From positions 310,001-374,000 of the forward strand of contig CP120458.1 in assembly GCA_034226945.1 (NCBI GenBank): a stretch of DNA of 64,000 bases, given 5' to 3'. The notes beneath the pieces were generated by a model that saw nothing but the letters and a program-made list of their open reading frames with translations, made no database searches and was not told the origin of the DNA. A program made the position numbers and the translations under genes. Shown here in pieces: positions 24,011-35,804 of this stretch (positions are counted from its first letter, which is position 1; each line of letters starts with the position of its first letter). Source of the DNA: Picochlorum sp. SENEW3 (taxonomy: Eukaryota).

Positions 24011-24892
24011 ATGACAGAATCTAATGGATTTCGGGTAGTGATCCCAGGAGACGTTGTGTTACCGCAACTTCCGAAGGAAGGGATCCTTCAGATGGGCTCT
24101 GGTGTATTTGTTTCTGAATCAGGTCTCGATAGTATGGGAGTTATAGCCAACCAAGCAGGTGTGTTAAAGGAAGAACAGCATGGCAACAGTGCAAGTGTCT
24201 GGGTACTATCTCGACAGAAATTGTATTCCCCTAGTGTGGGTGATGCTGTTGTTGGCACAATTGTGCATCGATACACAGAGCATTACGAAGTCGACATAGA
24301 TTCTACAAGCACTGCGCTGTTGCCTATTCTTGCTTTTGAGAATGCGAGTAAGAGGAATAGGCCAATGCTGAGGGAAGGTGATGTTGTGTATGGGAGGGTG
24401 GTGCATGTCGACAAGGGCATACCTAGGTATATACTGAATTGTACCGATGCGTCTGGAAAATCTTCCGGGTATGGACCTCTTTACAACAGCTCTCAGACAT
24501 CATCTAATAAGAAAGGGATGATATATCGGATTTCAACAATCTACGCGAGAGAATTGCTGTTGCAGACATCGTCTTCAGCAGCAGAGCATCATGTTCCTGG
24601 CATTCTCCACATTTTGGGGACTCGAATACCATTTGAGATTGCGATTGGAATGAATGGATTGTTTTGGATAACTTCAAATTCTTCAAGCAGTGCTTCCAAA
24701 CAGTATGTAGAGACGTGCATTCTCGGGACTACAATCCAGGCCTGTGAATCTTGCACAAAGCAGGTGGTGGAAGCCTTGCAACGAGAGCCGCACGGCAGCG
24801 AGGTTGCAGAGAATAGTTCTTCTATGTTCGCGACATTACTTGCGAGGCACGTTCTTGGTCAATTTAAGACTCAAGTTAATAGTTGGTCATGA
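24011..24892 (+). CDS. RRP40: Exosome complex cap subunit RRP40 (EXOSC3)
   Basis: VVIPGD, YSPSVGDAVVG, LAFENASKRNRP.L..GD.VY, FEIAIGMNG.FW. Confidence 0.88.
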   Translation: MTESNGFRVVIPGDVVLPQLPKEGILQMGSGVFVSESGLDSMGVIANQAGVLKEEQHGNSASVWVLSRQKLYSPSVGDAVVGTIVHRYTEHYEVDIDSTSTALLPILAFENASKRNRPMLREGDVVYGRVVHVDKGIPRYILNCTDASGKSSGYGPLYNSSQTSSNKKGMIYRISTIYARELLLQTSSSAAEHHVPGILHILGTRIPFEIAIGMNGLFWITSNSSSSASKQYVETCILGTTIQACESCTKQVVEALQREPHGSEVAENSSSMFATLLARHVLGQFKTQVNSWS

Positions 24893-25335
24893 ATATGACC
24901 GGCGTACGGACCATGACATGGGCAGTCAAAGAAGGAGCCTGGTCTCAGACCAGTGGTCTGGGCAGGCAGCTTCCTATTCGTGTACCGGCATTATTCTGCG
25001 AGCGGGAATCTTCACAGATGAGTTCAGCTTTGACATCTGGTTTGTCCTCTATCAGTATGCGGCATGGACGCCTGGAAGATGGATAAAATAATTCTATAAA
25101 ATCTGTGAAATAGCCTTTGACGTGGCTTGGTGGACTAGAACAAGTAGTAGTATGGTTTGCAACTGACGTGGCTTTTGATTGCAAGAACGCGAGATATCAT
25201 CAAGAATCTCTGTTGTTTTTGAATTCATAGTTCAGCAATATTTCAAGTCTATTGAAAGGGGGGAATCCAAATCCGAGGCCTCTGCTGTGTTTCTTTGTAA
25301 ACGGGAAGAATCCTACACATAGATAGAGGGTGCAG

Positions 25336-26424
25336 ATGGAAACGCTGGCAGGGTCAGTAAGTAATTCTGACTCGCCATTGTCAGAGAAAACATTAGACAC
25401 TAGCATTACAAAAAGTTCGGCTCAAGGTATGCTAAAAAGGAAGGTTGAATGCGATGGTGCTCCAGAAAGAAAGAAGAGCAGGCATTCACGCCATCACTTG
25501 CTCAAGCATGTGCTTGATTCTTCAATGACTGGTGATGCGGCACTCAAACATTACGATGGTGTCAGCACAATTGAAGATGCATTAGCTCTTACATCTGCTA
25601 TGTCCCAGAAGGATCTCCAAACGACTTTTGCCAAGGTATATGGGATAAAAAGCTCAAGCAACAATAACAATTGGCTGAGAAAGAAACTCATGGAGGCTCT
25701 TTCTCCTACAGGCTGGGGAGATGCATGGAATCATTATATGAGTAATCCTTTTTCAAACAGGGGCAAAAAGGACAGATTGAGAAAGATTGAACGGGCAGAG
25801 AAATTGCAAAAGAGTTACCGCTGTGATGTGATCCCACCTTTGACAGAGTCATTAGCAAAGCACGGCGAAATAGGACAATGGATCAGGTCCCATCATCAAA
25901 GAGAATCTACACATGCATCGAACAAAATATCTGACAATTTCCAGGGATGCGTGACATTTCAGAAGCAGTTGCAGCCATGGCCTCAACATCTGCCACACAT
26001 TAATTCAATGGCACCACTCCACCCAGGACTGTTGCCAGGGATGTTGCAGATAAGGGAATCACCTGCGTTTCCTGATATGCCATCGCTCCCGTTGCAGAAG
26101 TCTAACATGGCCACTCGAGAGATTATTGCTCTTTTGTATGATTTGGTTTATAAGAGGAGGGACCAACATCGATGTGTTGAAAATGGCAACAGATCCAATA
26201 TGACAAAAATCATGAAAGAGTCCACTGTTGAAGCATCATCTCTGATTTCATCGAGCCAGAGGGGCAATAATCTTTATCCTCCAGTGATGATGACAAATGT
26301 GAAGACAGAGCCTTCACCTAGGATAGAGGGTGCTAAGGAACATGCCCCTCTCTTGACAAACTTCCAACCTGATAGTGAGGTGATAGACTTACTTCAGTCT
26401 TGGATGAAGAGTAAACAGCAGTAA
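25336..26424 (+). CDS. Hypothetical nuclear protein with an LQ..F..VYG....NN..WLRKKL helical motif
   Basis: Long ORF with NLS-like KRK..RKKSR. The motif resembles the 'F..TFGR.T.VKDK.WLKRRI' segment of plant TRF-like proteins (recalled, not searched). Confidence 0.65.
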   Translation: METLAGSVSNSDSPLSEKTLDTSITKSSAQGMLKRKVECDGAPERKKSRHSRHHLLKHVLDSSMTGDAALKHYDGVSTIEDALALTSAMSQKDLQTTFAKVYGIKSSSNNNNWLRKKLMEALSPTGWGDAWNHYMSNPFSNRGKKDRLRKIERAEKLQKSYRCDVIPPLTESLAKHGEIGQWIRSHHQRESTHASNKISDNFQGCVTFQKQLQPWPQHLPHINSMAPLHPGLLPGMLQIRESPAFPDMPSLPLQKSNMATREIIALLYDLVYKRRDQHRCVENGNRSNMTKIMKESTVEASSLISSSQRGNNLYPPVMMTNVKTEPSPRIEGAKEHAPLLTNFQPDSEVIDLLQSWMKSKQQ

Positions 26425-26480
26425 TATATACTTTGTCTTCTAGGTAATGATTTCGATTACTTCAAGGCTAGCAGTGAAAT

Positions 26481-28466
26481 TCATAAACTTACATTTTTGA
26501 ATGGAACCCATTGAAGTCGCATTGTCAGAGTGCATGGTTTTGTCCTATCTGGCAGAGCATATTCAGGAACAGGATCTATTGTCCAAGACTTTGTGATATC
26601 CCCCATCGATGCATGAGCTATATCATCTAATGGAATCTTCACACTACCAAGAAGATCATCTTTCGAGAACTTGTCATAATCAAAAACCTTCACAGAGAGT
26701 ACGGACTGCCGTTTAATCTTAAACCATTCTAGTTTGCAATCATCCCACTTTGGAGAACACTCCATGTACATGACAGGGGACTTCTTTGTAATATTAGCGC
26801 ATGAGAATTTCACGTATACATCCGATGTTCCCAGAACAATATCAGCTATAGGCATGTTTGATGCTTCGATCAGCGTCACTAGCAATGCTCCAACTGGCTC
26901 ACTTGTGTGTCCTTTGATCAACTCCAGAGGCCAGTACGTGATTTCAAGGCTCACTTCTCCCCTCCCAGACCCGCACCCTGCCGGGTTACTGAATTCTTCT
27001 TCTCCGAGAGGAGCCTTTATTGTGATCTTTCTTCCTGGATTGGCAGAAATATCTGCCAGTGAGACCTTGGCCCTTCCAATTAAATCAGCCGAACCAACAA
27101 CTGATGCAGCTCCTTTGACCAAATTCACTCTGAAGAGCTCCTTCATATTCACCATGTCCACGTCAAACATTTTTAGGTGCAAAAATTGGTCCCCTGGTTC
27201 TTGAACAAGGAGCCAGTGTGTCTCTTCCCAAATAGGATTCAGAGTATTTGCCTTTTTTGACGTGGTCTCTCTGTCTCCGTTGGGATCAACAAAGAGTTCC
27301 AAAAATGGATCAGCAGATCCAAATTTGTCCATTCTTGGAAGCCCATTTCCAGACTTGACGAAGACTTCAATGGCTCCTTTATTCCGCATATACAAATCCA
27401 AAAGAGGTCCGGTCTTTTCTTCTGGGAGAATTGGCACGACAATCCGCCTGGGCCACACAAGCATACTTGTGAAGGTTTCTCTCAAAAAGGGATCGAGCCA
27501 TGCTTTCACAGCTTTTGCTGATAAACTTCCACCAAAAGCAGCTCCAAAATCAAGATGAAATTTGACCAATGGAGGTGTCATCAAGGATACTGTCGCAGCT
27601 CCAAAGCCAGGGATCTCAGGCAACAGAGGGGACAACACAATCTTGGCTTCCCCTGACACGGCCAAATCGGTGACTTTAGGCACCATTCGAGTTGCTGAAC
27701 CACCTGCCATCAGTTCAATGGCCAAAAATATACTCGCATCGCCTGACCATCGAAACCCAACATCAATCTCAATGCTTTCAGAATCACCCTTATCGGGTAC
27801 TTGAATAGCCTCTATCCGAAATGGGGAGTCTCCAAACGTCAACTTCTGAAATGAAATCTTACGGATAAACGAGGGCCTGTATTCATCCAACATGGGTTCG
27901 ACTTGATGCTTGATTTCGTCGCAAATGGCTTTATCATAGAATGGCCATGCCTGCCGAATAATGGAATTCAACCACTCCATCTTTTCAACATCCGAAAAGC
28001 TCAGCCACAATGGAATGTTATGCAGCAAAAACTGAGTCCCTTTCTTCCCAGGAATCATCCCCAGTCGCTGATTACGCTCATCCTTCCATTTCTGATTTTG
28101 ATAGTACATGGCAGTGCCAGCAAACCCAATGATCATCCCCACCACAACACTCTTCAACAACTCTGAGGATGCATACAATTTCCAATGCAGAATCGCAGAT
28201 ACAATCAGCGTCAACCACACTAGCCAGAATGAAGCAACAATTTTGGACCCCTGGATGTTGCTCTTGGCTATTATTACAGTCTGCACCCCAGATTCTTCGA
28301 CAGCAGTTCTACTAGCACTAGTAGAGTCCGCCCCTCGACCTTGCACACCTTCAATACCCGATACCTCCACCCTGGAATCGTTTAATTTTATTTCTTCTCT
28401 TGATTCGACGGAAGAAACCCTTCCGTGATCATCTGAAACTCCTCCCTGGCGCTTGCTCCGCTTCAT
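26481..28466 (-). CDS. Synaptotagmin-like membrane contact-site protein (TM + SMP + 2 C2)
   Basis: Two N-terminal hydrophobic segments, EKMEWLN..I.Q.WP, LTFGDSPF, C2 motifs (D..GSADPF, TLNPIWEE, DYDKFSKDDLLG). Confidence 0.88.
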   Translation of the reverse strand: MKRSKRQGGVSDDHGRVSSVESREEIKLNDSRVEVSGIEGVQGRGADSTSASRTAVEESGVQTVIIAKSNIQGSKIVASFWLVWLTLIVSAILHWKLYASSELLKSVVVGMIIGFAGTAMYYQNQKWKDERNQRLGMIPGKKGTQFLLHNIPLWLSFSDVEKMEWLNSIIRQAWPFYDKAICDEIKHQVEPMLDEYRPSFIRKISFQKLTFGDSPFRIEAIQVPDKGDSESIEIDVGFRWSGDASIFLAIELMAGGSATRMVPKVTDLAVSGEAKIVLSPLLPEIPGFGAATVSLMTPPLVKFHLDFGAAFGGSLSAKAVKAWLDPFLRETFTSMLVWPRRIVVPILPEEKTGPLLDLYMRNKGAIEVFVKSGNGLPRMDKFGSADPFLELFVDPNGDRETTSKKANTLNPIWEETHWLLVQEPGDQFLHLKMFDVDMVNMKELFRVNLVKGAASVVGSADLIGRAKVSLADISANPGRKITIKAPLGEEEFSNPAGCGSGRGEVSLEITYWPLELIKGHTSEPVGALLVTLIEASNMPIADIVLGTSDVYVKFSCANITKKSPVMYMECSPKWDDCKLEWFKIKRQSVLSVKVFDYDKFSKDDLLGSVKIPLDDIAHASMGDITKSWTIDPVPEYALPDRTKPCTLTMRLQWVPFKNVSL

Positions 28467-28806
28467 CTTGTCGTCAGACTTTGAGAGAGACACTCTATGA
28501 ATTCAACTAGATTCGCTATGCATGGGATCTATCATTAAATTGATTCTTATCAATTAGACAAGGGTTTTAGCCACGTGATAACCGAGGATTGAGCCAATTT
28601 AAACCGTACGATGCCGTAGCAACGCAACTCTTGGCGCCCATGCCCACTAGCACTGGTGCTGCAGTACTGCCCAATGATCTCATCGGTCAAAAGATCTCAA
28701 GTTGGTGATCGCTACCCATCAAAGTGATGGATAGCAGTGTGCTTTTGTATAAAAATTGCCATAGGAAGGAAATCCGTCATAGAAATCTCCAAGGTATAGG
28801 GTGGAC

Positions 28807-30719
28807 ATGTCAGAATTCACGAAGACACCTTGGCACGTCTCAGTGTCTTCAGATTGTGTGCGGGCAAGTCCAAGTAGATTTATTGATATCACAGATGGTG
28901 ATTTGGAAGAATACTGTATAGGTGCGTGATGGACTGGAGGGTATCTTAGGATTGTACTTGTGGTTGACTGCAGTATCCTTGTTGTGCAGGAATTTTATCT
29001 GACTATCCAGCAAAAGACATCAAGTTGATTTACAGTCTTGGACAAGCCATCTGTAGTGCGAAGAATAGTGAGTTGAAGATCGGTTTGGAGCAAGACTTTG
29101 AGTACTTTGCTCGGGCGTATGATGGCTTGGAGATGCCAAAGCATCTCAAGTCATTATCTGAGGATGACATTGGTGCTCGAGAAGAGAGGTTTCTTTCAAA
29201 CATGATGACAGTTTTGATGAAGAACTATTATCATATTTTGACAGAGCAGGAATGGGAGGCAGCTGCAGCAGAAGATTTTCTGTTGACCTTGCCGGTCAAT
29301 GTGAAGTGGGATTCAATGGATGATTCTTTGTTACATCGTACCGTATGGAAATCTTTTCCAGAGATGAGGGATGCGTATCCTGCCTGTTTAAGGAATAGGA
29401 TTTTAATTTTTCACAGGGGAGTGACCTGTGCTAAAATGGAGGGCAAATACTTTGCACAGAAAGTGGAGATGTTGATTTCTTTTCTTGTCATCCAGCCAAT
29501 CCTGAGGCTTCTTTTGTGGACACTGGATAGACTAGGATTACGAAAGATTGAACGATTGAATGCAAATGTGGAGAGTTCGTCATCTTTGTACATGCGGCAG
29601 TCATCACTCGAGGGCACCACAGACCTGATTCAAGTGCAAGGAGATGATCACGCTGCTTCAATTTGTATTGACAGGCGTACTTTTCACCATATATTTCCAG
29701 ATGCTCGATCGGTGCTAAAATTGATGTTTAAGACGATTCAATTGCAAGAGGCCTGCTGGAAGGATGTGGTTGTTGTGTACAGAATGGCCAATACCTCTGG
29801 TGCTCGCCATGAATTTGATATCAAGTCATCCATGGCTGACGACGCGATAGAGAGAAATATTGTCTTGAAAAGATTTTCCTCTATTCCCATTGCGGATATG
29901 GAGATTGTATTTCCAGAGAAGAACATACACATGCCCCCAAGTGTACTGGTCAACATTGCCGTCACTCTTTTTGGGGCCATTCTGACACTGATAGCCACAA
30001 TACGAGGAGGATTGAGTTTGACAAGTTTCTGGACAACTCTCACAATGCTTGGAACTCGACTGGGACAGGTACTGCAGACGAAAAGATCTCAGAAATCGGA
30101 AATTGAAAGATCAATGAGCCAACTCCTGTCACAGAGAACTGTTGCGTCACAGAATGCTGCCTTATCATCAATCATCAATGATATGTTTTCCCAGCTGGTC
30201 AGACAGGTTGTCTTTGCGTACTTTATCTTAGTGAAGCATCATGGGAGTACCATGGCCCAATTGGATGAACGTTGCGAGCATATTCTCAAGCAAACATTTG
30301 ATTTGTCTATAGACTTCACCTGCCAAGAGGCAATTCAGGTTTTGAAGAAGTGGGGCATCGTCACAGAAGACCCAACAGGACGATTGCTTCCTCTTGAAAT
30401 TGAAGAGTGCAAAATCAAGCTGACAGATGTTTTGGTAACATCGTCAGCCCAGCAGAGAAGCACCATTCAGGAAACTCTCAAAGGCCTTGGGCTCCAGTTT
30501 GGGTCGACAGTGAAAGAGTCTACGTCATACAGCGTCAGGGCCATTGATGATATAAGGAAAACTTCTGTGCAAGCCATTCATGGCATTGTGGGATTACGAT
30601 CGAAGAAACCTGCAGAATCTGAATCCACCCCATGGGGCCATATGGCTGACCAAACCCCAGATCAAAGCCAAAAGAATTCAATAAAATCGTTCTTCATGAG
30701 AAGGCGAAGAAAGCATTGA
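28807..30719 (+). CDS. DUF3754-like membrane protein; exons 28807-28921 and 28990-30719
   Basis: In-frame GT-AG intron 28922-28989. FLLTLPVNVKWD..D, IFHRG, LKRF..IPIADMEIVFPEK, LDERCE..L...F...IDF. Confidence 0.75.
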
Positions 30720-30803
30720 ACTGAGCATAGTAGATGAAATATATTGCATTGTCAACATTGAATTTGCATTGCGGAACAACCCACCCACGGTAGCATAGTG
30801 CAA

Positions 30804-32938
30804 ATGCTGGTTTCCTTGCTTGTTGGGTTTCCGTTGGGTTTGAACCTTGGAATACTGGTATGATGGTTAGATGATATCAATGCATGTAACCATGTAGATG
30901 ATGATATGTATTGAGCCCTTGCCCTGTAGGTCGGAAACATTTTCTGCAAGAATGTGTACAAGCGGGTTCCCAAGGCCTTTCTGGCCCTATGTGACGAGTC
31001 TGCTGATAGTAATACTGAAATAGAGTTTCCTCCTGGGGAGAGCAATGTTTCTTTCTTCAAGCAGAGGCTGCTGAAGGACACGTCTCCGGCTCTGTCGGAA
31101 CCTGACTACGAGAGAGTATGTACCTTTGTGGTGACGTTCATGGATCCATCGAATGATACGCACTGATGCCATCTGATGACATGCAGATTCGATTCATGAA
31201 CACATTGTTACGGCAGCTATGGCCTCACTTATCTCCAGCACTGCACAAGGAGATTATAGTTCAATCCAAAGCACCTGTTCAGGAAATGGTCAGGAAACTC
31301 CCTCTTCTGACGAATGTTCGCGTGGATACGATGGATTTAGGAACAAGGCCGTTTCGGATTGACTCGGTCAAGTCGTATTCTGTGGGGGAAAATGTGATCA
31401 TGTTGGAAGCGCCACTCTTTTGGGGGGGAGATATTATGGTGCGGGTTGTGTTTGAAGCTGATGTTGCTGGGAAGACAGTGGACATTCCCATTCAAGTCTC
31501 TCGCGTGCAATTCAAGGCTCTTGCTCGCATTACTTTGTATCCACTTGTGGAGAAGTTGCCTTGTGTTGGTGGTGTGACCATGTCACTCCTGGAGCAGCCA
31601 ACTGTGGATATGGATTTTAGGGTTTTGGACTCTCCAGATTTGCTCAGCATTCCTCCAATGGCCATCATGCGAAAGATTGTGTTGAGTTTGTTGGCTGGAA
31701 AATACCTTATCTATCCCAATGAAATATCTGTCCCGATTATGCCAAACTTTGGCTTTCCTGAGCCTCCAAAAGGGATTCTGAGGATACACATTGCGTATGC
31801 CAGGGACCTCAAGTCTTCTTGGCTGGATGAAGTAGATCCTTTCGTTGAGATTGAGGTTCGAAAGGGAAGGAATATGCGCACTAAAGTAGTTGAAAATGCG
31901 AGGAACCCAGAGTGGAATGAAACAAAGGAAGTTGTTGTGGATGATTTTGAGTCACAGAAACTCAAGGTCACGGTACATGATGATGATCTCATCACATCGT
32001 CATTGGTTGGAGGCGTGCAATTGGAGCTCTCATCAGCACCATTCATTCAAAATCCAAATGAGATGTATCGCATGCTGCTTCCCGTGTATGTTCCAAAAGA
32101 AAAGGGTGTGTATCAAACCATAAAAGGCTCAGACATGCGCAGTGCACACGATGCTGCCTATGTGGAAGACAAAGTGAAAGAAGAGGTTGCCAAAAAGCCT
32201 CAAGCCAAACTGCTTATTCCAATGCTCATGAGGAAACGGGCAGCAAAGAAGGCAAGGAAAGAAGCACTGAGCGCATTGACAGATGCCAACCCTGAGCTGG
32301 ATCCCAATGACAGTGGCTCCTTTGCATCTTTGGCTCAAGGTAATGCACCTGAATCGATGCCAAAAGATGATAAAAAAACAGTGGGTGGCCAAGTATGTCT
32401 TGATGTGACATTCATTCCATTCGCAAATAACAGCCATGAAGAGAAATCAGAGAAAGATCTGCGGCCAGATTCTATTTTGAAAAGAACAATCACCTTTTCC
32501 AAATCACCAAGATGCAAAGGTGTGCTCTCTGTTCATGTATCCAAAGCTATGTATCTTGGAGATAGCAAGACTACGTATGTAGAGTTGGTCGTCACCGACC
32601 CATTACGACAACCCAATCCAGATATCAGTATCATGTCACCAAAAGAGGTCAACGAGCAGAATCCCAAATACAACTACAAGGCAGACTTTGTCAACATATC
32701 AACACAGTCAACACTGACACTGACTATCTACGAGGTTGCTGGCATGGAAAATATGTTGAGCGCTGGCCTTGGTTTGCTGAGAAAGCGTGAACCTCGGATA
32801 GTTGGCTTTGTCATCATTCCAGTCGGGGAAGTGTCCGAGATAGGCCACCAGAGGGGTAAATATACTTTGAGTGGGGCACAATCTGGAGAAGTACATTTGG
32901 GCCTGTCCTGGCTTGAATTAGAGCTTGATGACATTTAA
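30804..32938 (+). CDS. Second SMP + C2 synaptotagmin-like protein; exons 30804-30857, 30930-31115, 31187-32938
   Basis: Hydrophobic exon 1. PDYER|IRFMN.LL.QLWP SMP start. VDPFVE, NPEWNE C2. Both introns are phase 0 and in frame. Confidence 0.82.
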
Positions 32939-33227
32939 TGCTATCCCTTTAGGAAGCAAGCTCACCAGTTGGTATAGACCCATCGGGATCTACGGTCAGT
33001 CGGGATCGCTGACTGTTATGAAACCAGTGTGCTTGGGACATCAATACTGCGCATAATAACTCTCTTTGTATTTGTTAAAGAAGCGTATTCCCATTTAAAG
33101 CACATTATTTGCGAAAACCGAGTTTGTTCCGCACGGGCGTGGCCAGGGAAAAGGACAAAGCCACAAGGGTATCGAGGCCTGACCATACCCTTGGAGTATC
33201 ATTCGCTCATCTGATATTCATTTTATT

Positions 33228-34853
33228 ATGAATGGTCGTGGAAACGGGAGAGGGCGAGGGAGATCGGGGACAGATGGTTGTCAATCAGCGCCCCAATCGG
33301 AGTCAGATATCAACCCCGCCCAGTTGCTTCAGCTTACAAATATGTTAAAAGAGACGCAAGAAAACCTGAGAAGGCAGGGTGTGGATCCAACACCGGAGAA
33401 TATGGCTGCATATTTGCTCCAGGCACTTTTGCAGCCCTGTGCTCCGCAGCGGCAGCGGCAGCAGCAAGCTGATTTTGACTACGAAATGGAACCAGAAGAT
33501 CAGAATGAAAGGGAACCAGAGCCTGATGTTTATTATCCAATACCTTCTAAGGCTAAGGATGTACCTGAAAGACTCTTCAGTATGCTTGAGGATGTGTACA
33601 GGGCAAGAGGACTACCATTTCCCCCCATTGTGTCTGAAGGAGATCTGGCAAAGCGCCGACGAACGAGTGCGGCATTGAATACATCCATCTTGGAGCAAGA
33701 CAATATGCGAATGGGTTTCCAGCGGCCACCTGACAAAGTGAGGGTGCAGGATAATCCTGACAGGATGATTGATAGGATTGCCAAGGCCAGGATAAGGAAC
33801 CGTGAAGCACAACAAAGATTCAGGAACAGGCGACGTGAAAAGATTGTTGGGATGGAAACAGATTATACAGATTTTTGTGATATGTGTCGTAAAACTGAAG
33901 AAGATAATATTGCCTTGGAACAGAGAGCGCACTATCTGTCGCGCATTATCGTCATGAGAGAGATTATTCTGCATTCATTGACGGGTGAGCCTCCTGAAGA
34001 AGGCAGCATGCTTCGCAGCATTCTTGGGGATACAGAGTTTGGAAAGGCGAGTGACTACACACCTGAAATAGATGGCAAGAAGAGTAGATCAGAAGGAACA
34101 GACCAAACTGAAGAGCCCATCGAAGAAGTGATGGAGGAAAGGCCTGGCTCTTCTGGTTCGGAAGAGATTTATCGGATTGCACGGTCATTGGATGATCCAG
34201 AATCATTCTTTTTATATTGGAGGGAGTGGCAGATAGAGATCAAACATACTCTTGCGGAATACGAACAATTCAAGAATAATGAAACACGAGAAGAAATGAT
34301 TCGCAAATTTGATAAAATGGTGAAAATCTGGGCTGTGAATAGTCGATTATACCCAAACAATTTTAAAGTAATGGTTGCGGAGCATTCCATATCTGAAGAA
34401 GAGGGAGGTATGAGATGTAGAGATATCGCCAGGAGGGTGTTCGAAACTATGTCTGAGGACAAGGTCCAATTGTTGAATGAGTATTGGGAGAAATTCATGG
34501 CAAAAATGACTGACTACTACTCAAGGAGGGTCGATGTTGAACAAAAGCTTGCTCACCAGCAAGATTTGATCAAGGACCACAATCCTGACAACTACTGCTT
34601 AAAAGATATGAGCAATAATCATTTGTTATTGGGATATTTGACAGGAACTCTCAATTATTTAAGTGAGAAGACCTGGATTACCAATGTGCGACTGTCATCT
34701 GGATGGAATGTTGCAATTGGTGAGTGGAATTCCTGCATCTGTAATGCTCTTGCAGCTCCATATCCTCCCAACTGGGTTGCCATCACCAAAGAAATTGTAG
34801 AGATTGGGAAATCGATGAACGTCATTAAGAAAACTGATGATATGGATAAATGA
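33228..34853 (+). CDS. bZIP basic-region protein (putative transcription factor)
   Basis: KARIRNREAQQRFRNRRREK basic region followed by a degenerate heptad. Confidence 0.7.
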   Translation: MNGRGNGRGRGRSGTDGCQSAPQSESDINPAQLLQLTNMLKETQENLRRQGVDPTPENMAAYLLQALLQPCAPQRQRQQQADFDYEMEPEDQNEREPEPDVYYPIPSKAKDVPERLFSMLEDVYRARGLPFPPIVSEGDLAKRRRTSAALNTSILEQDNMRMGFQRPPDKVRVQDNPDRMIDRIAKARIRNREAQQRFRNRRREKIVGMETDYTDFCDMCRKTEEDNIALEQRAHYLSRIIVMREIILHSLTGEPPEEGSMLRSILGDTEFGKASDYTPEIDGKKSRSEGTDQTEEPIEEVMEERPGSSGSEEIYRIARSLDDPESFFLYWREWQIEIKHTLAEYEQFKNNETREEMIRKFDKMVKIWAVNSRLYPNNFKVMVAEHSISEEEGGMRCRDIARRVFETMSEDKVQLLNEYWEKFMAKMTDYYSRRVDVEQKLAHQQDLIKDHNPDNYCLKDMSNNHLLLGYLTGTLNYLSEKTWITNVRLSSGWNVAIGEWNSCICNALAAPYPPNWVAITKEIVEIGKSMNVIKKTDDMDK

Positions 34854-34866
34854 TATACATGCTGTT

Positions 34867-35680
34867 CTAGCATTTCCGTGATGTGAGCGATTGACGTAAA
34901 CTGCCAGCTTCAGAAAGGCATGTAACTGACAAGAATCTACAAAGCTCCTTGCATATCTCCTCATCTATATCAATGTATATGCTTGGTTCAATCTGCCGTG
35001 CAATTGATACTTTACTGGCAGCTGAATTGCAAAATATGACCCTGTGGAAAGGTACCTGCGCGTGTGCTGTCTCACCAACTACTCCTGCGTGTTCCAAGGC
35101 ATCTGATACCACTGCCTGTCCTATGTCATCTTCTACTTCACACACCAGAAATACATCCTTCTTTAATCCAATCATCTCTTTCACAACCTCCACTGCCGAG
35201 TCCACCAGACTGGCCCCCTGAGTTGACAACTCTTCAGGCGTTCTCTCATGTACAAGTACACCACCGACTGACACAACAATCGATGAAACCCTAGACAGTC
35301 GTCGCTCAAGAGAAGAATCGCGTCCTACTCTGTGCAAGTCCTGGGAAGCTTGCTCAGGACTTGAAGGCTCCACTCCTACCCTATCCGAAGCAGCTCTAGC
35401 TGCCCCATCTTCATGCAATCCTGTGGGCCAATGAGATACGTTTCAGAGTACTATGCACAGATCCGTCGTCGAATTAGGTCACGTACTTTTCTTTTGTTTA
35501 TAGTAAGCATACAGAGCTGCCCCAAGAGCCAAACCCAAAACACCTCCAGAGAGCGATATTCGAGATAGAAGCCTCTGAGCACACATAATATTTGGATAAT
35601 ATATTTGTAATTGGAGATTCACATATTCTGAGATGATTGTTGCGTACCAAGACAAAGGAAAGGAGACGAGAAAAAACCAT
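34867..35680 (-). CDS. PEX22: Peroxin PEX22-like (plant type), 3 exons
   Basis: N-terminal TM (GGVLGLALGAALYAYY) in upstream exons spliced in frame. C-terminal HRVIFC...KVSIARQIEP.IYID is typical of plant PEX22. Confidence 0.75.
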
Positions 35681-35804
35681 TGCAGACCATACTACCACTG
35701 TAGCGATACGTGTCTGTAATACCAACTTCAGTAAACAAAGTTGCTGATTTAATATTGGAAATAGTATCGACGTAAGACTGTCAGGCTGTCAAAAATCTGT
35801 TAGC

